In this document: positions 62,691 to 64,000 of the stretch, one piece after another
Layout of the letters: each line of letters begins with the position of its first letter
Numbering within the stretch: position 1 is the stretch's first letter
Assembly: GCA_963703955.1 (NCBI GenBank)
Contig: CAVPGK010000015.1
Coordinates: 128,001-192,000 of the forward strand
Length of the DNA stretch: 64,000 nt
Origin: Nitrospirota bacterium
Lineage (GTDB): Bacteria; Nitrospirota; Nitrospiria; Nitrospirales; Nitrospiraceae
Direction: 5' to 3'
Made by a program: the position numbers and the translations under genes
Notes under the pieces: generated by a model
Databases searched by the model: none
Seen by the model: the letters and a program-made list of their open reading frames with translations, nothing else
What the model was told of the DNA's origin: nothing

Positions 62691-63329
62691 TTACTCCTTA
62701 GGTCTCCTGGCTTGTTCGTCGATCCAGGCTTTGGGATATTGAATCGAGCCGGTGAGTTGGAAGCCGTTCACCGCTTCGCGCAACTGAGTGCGTCGCTGCT
62801 CCGCATCCGGTTCGGCTTTCCGGATCGCTTCGCGGAGCCGCTCCAGCCACTCGAGGAACGGCGGAAATTCCTTTCCAAAGATTTCCTCCAGATTCTGCCG
62901 GAGACGGCTGGCGAGGGCCGGCGCGATGCCGCTGGTGCTGATCGCGACTCGCAAGTGGCCACGGCTGACAAGAGCCGGCATCATCACGGTGGAGTGTTCC
63001 GGTTGATCCGTTGAGCAGAGGAGGAACCGCTCTTTCAGCGCCAGCTCGTACAAAGATTCGGCATAGCCATCATCTCCCCGCATCGTATTGATCACCAGCA
63101 TCACCCCATCGGCGTCCGACGATCTGAACAAACGACCGCGATGAATGACTTTTCCAGAGGCTGTCAATTTTCGGAGCGCGTCGTTCAGCGAAGGGCTGAT
63201 CACTGTGACCTTCGCACCAGCATCGAGCAAGCGCTGCACCTTGTCGGCCGCCTCATCATCCCCCCCAAGAACTACACATGGTCGACCCTTGACATCGAGT
63301 GAAATCTGAAATCCAGGATTGGCAGGCAT
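62691..63329 (-). CDS. Precorrin-2 dehydrogenase (SirC / CysG N-terminal-like)
   Basis: RPCVVLGG, VTVISP, AISTSGIAPALA. Confidence 0.85.
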   Translation of the reverse strand: MPANPGFQISLDVKGRPCVVLGGDDEAADKVQRLLDAGAKVTVISPSLNDALRKLTASGKVIHRGRLFRSSDADGVMLVINTMRGDDGYAESLYELALKERFLLCSTDQPEHSTVMMPALVSRGHLRVAISTSGIAPALASRLRQNLEEIFGKEFPPFLEWLERLREAIRKAEPDAEQRRTQLREAVNGFQLTGSIQYPKAWIDEQARRPKE

Positions 63330-63476
63330 TTCGATCTCCTCAGGACTGAGACGTCAGCGAAGCATCATACTGTAGCAAGCCGGCCTGCGTAAACCGCCGG
63401 CTCTCCCATTTTGACCATGACCTGGTTATAATGCCCGCCGACGCAGCGTTCTATTCTGTGATCAGAAAGGAACGAC

Positions 63477-63926
63477 ATGTCGACAGAGACGTTCCGGACG
63501 ATCGGCCTCGCGATCGGAATCATTGTGCTGGCGGGCATTGCCGCTTGGATGGGCCTCGCTCACGGTTGCGAGCAATCTGGCAGTGGAGTGATCGCTGGAC
63601 ATGTCACGATCGATCCGCAATTGGCGGCACAGGTCAGCCCGACGGATGTCCTCTTCATTATCGTCCGGCGCCCTCAGGGGGCGCCTCGGCCGGTCGCAGT
63701 CAAACGCATCGATGGGCCTACATTCCCAGTGGCTTTTGAGATCACGAACAAGGATGTGATGGTAGAAGGGGCAGAACTCAGAGGTATGGTCGATGTGATC
63801 GCCCGGCTCGATAAGGATGGGCGCGCCGGTCAGCCTCAGGCCGGCGATCTTGAGGGACAGTTTGGAAAGAACCCTACCCTCCCTGGAGCGCGTGATGTTG
63901 AGATCGTCATCAACAAAGCCTATTAG
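63477..63926 (+). CDS. Membrane-anchored protein resembling the CcmI/CycH C-terminal domain
   Basis: VLFIIVR...PVAVKRI..FP..FEI, ARLDKDG, GDLEG. Confidence 0.6.
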   Translation: MSTETFRTIGLAIGIIVLAGIAAWMGLAHGCEQSGSGVIAGHVTIDPQLAAQVSPTDVLFIIVRRPQGAPRPVAVKRIDGPTFPVAFEITNKDVMVEGAELRGMVDVIARLDKDGRAGQPQAGDLEGQFGKNPTLPGARDVEIVINKAY

Positions 63927-64000
63927 GCTGCTGAAAAAGGCCTATTTCACCCACCCACCCCAGGCGTGCCGAGACACGCCATTCCGAGCTTTGTTCTCGG
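63926..64000. mobile_element. MITE-like repeat, truncated by the window edge
   Basis: GGCTGCTGAAAAAGGCCTATTTCACCC, similar to the copy at 9861; starts at a TAG stop. Confidence 0.65.

Overview
Chromosomal window from a bacterium that looks like Nitrospira/Nitrospirota, inferred from gene order and protein style. From 1 to 33 kb and 49.6 to 64 kb it is mostly housekeeping: tyrS, lpdA/gcvH, ndk, mtnA, comEC, glmM-folP-ftsH-hpt-tilS-ribF, the haem/sirohaem operon, rplM/rpsI, argCJ, rpsB-tsf-pyrH-frr, alr and mlaEFD. Two regions stand out. (1) At 0.5-5.6 kb a three-gene unit encodes a FAD/NAD(P)H oxidoreductase fused to two cNMP-binding domains and a four-cluster ferredoxin, a membrane protein with two H-x13-H motifs, and an FHA-domain decahaem cytochrome c. 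This looks like a signal-gated transmembrane electron conduit. (2) A ~16.4 kb island (33157-49582) sits in tRNA-Leu(CAA) and duplicates the 5' half of the tRNA instead of the usual 3' half. It holds a decayed tyrosine integrase, a truncated IS5, an internal tRNA-Lys att remnant, about 8 co-oriented copies of an unannotated 70-125 bp motif whose core occurs in both orientations, duplicated small membrane-peptide genes with sigma54-type promoters, and assorted cargo. Four MITE-like repeats share ends with the IS5. Several single-base frameshifts in core genes are probably sequencing errors. All calls come from reading the sequence by eye; no database searches were run.
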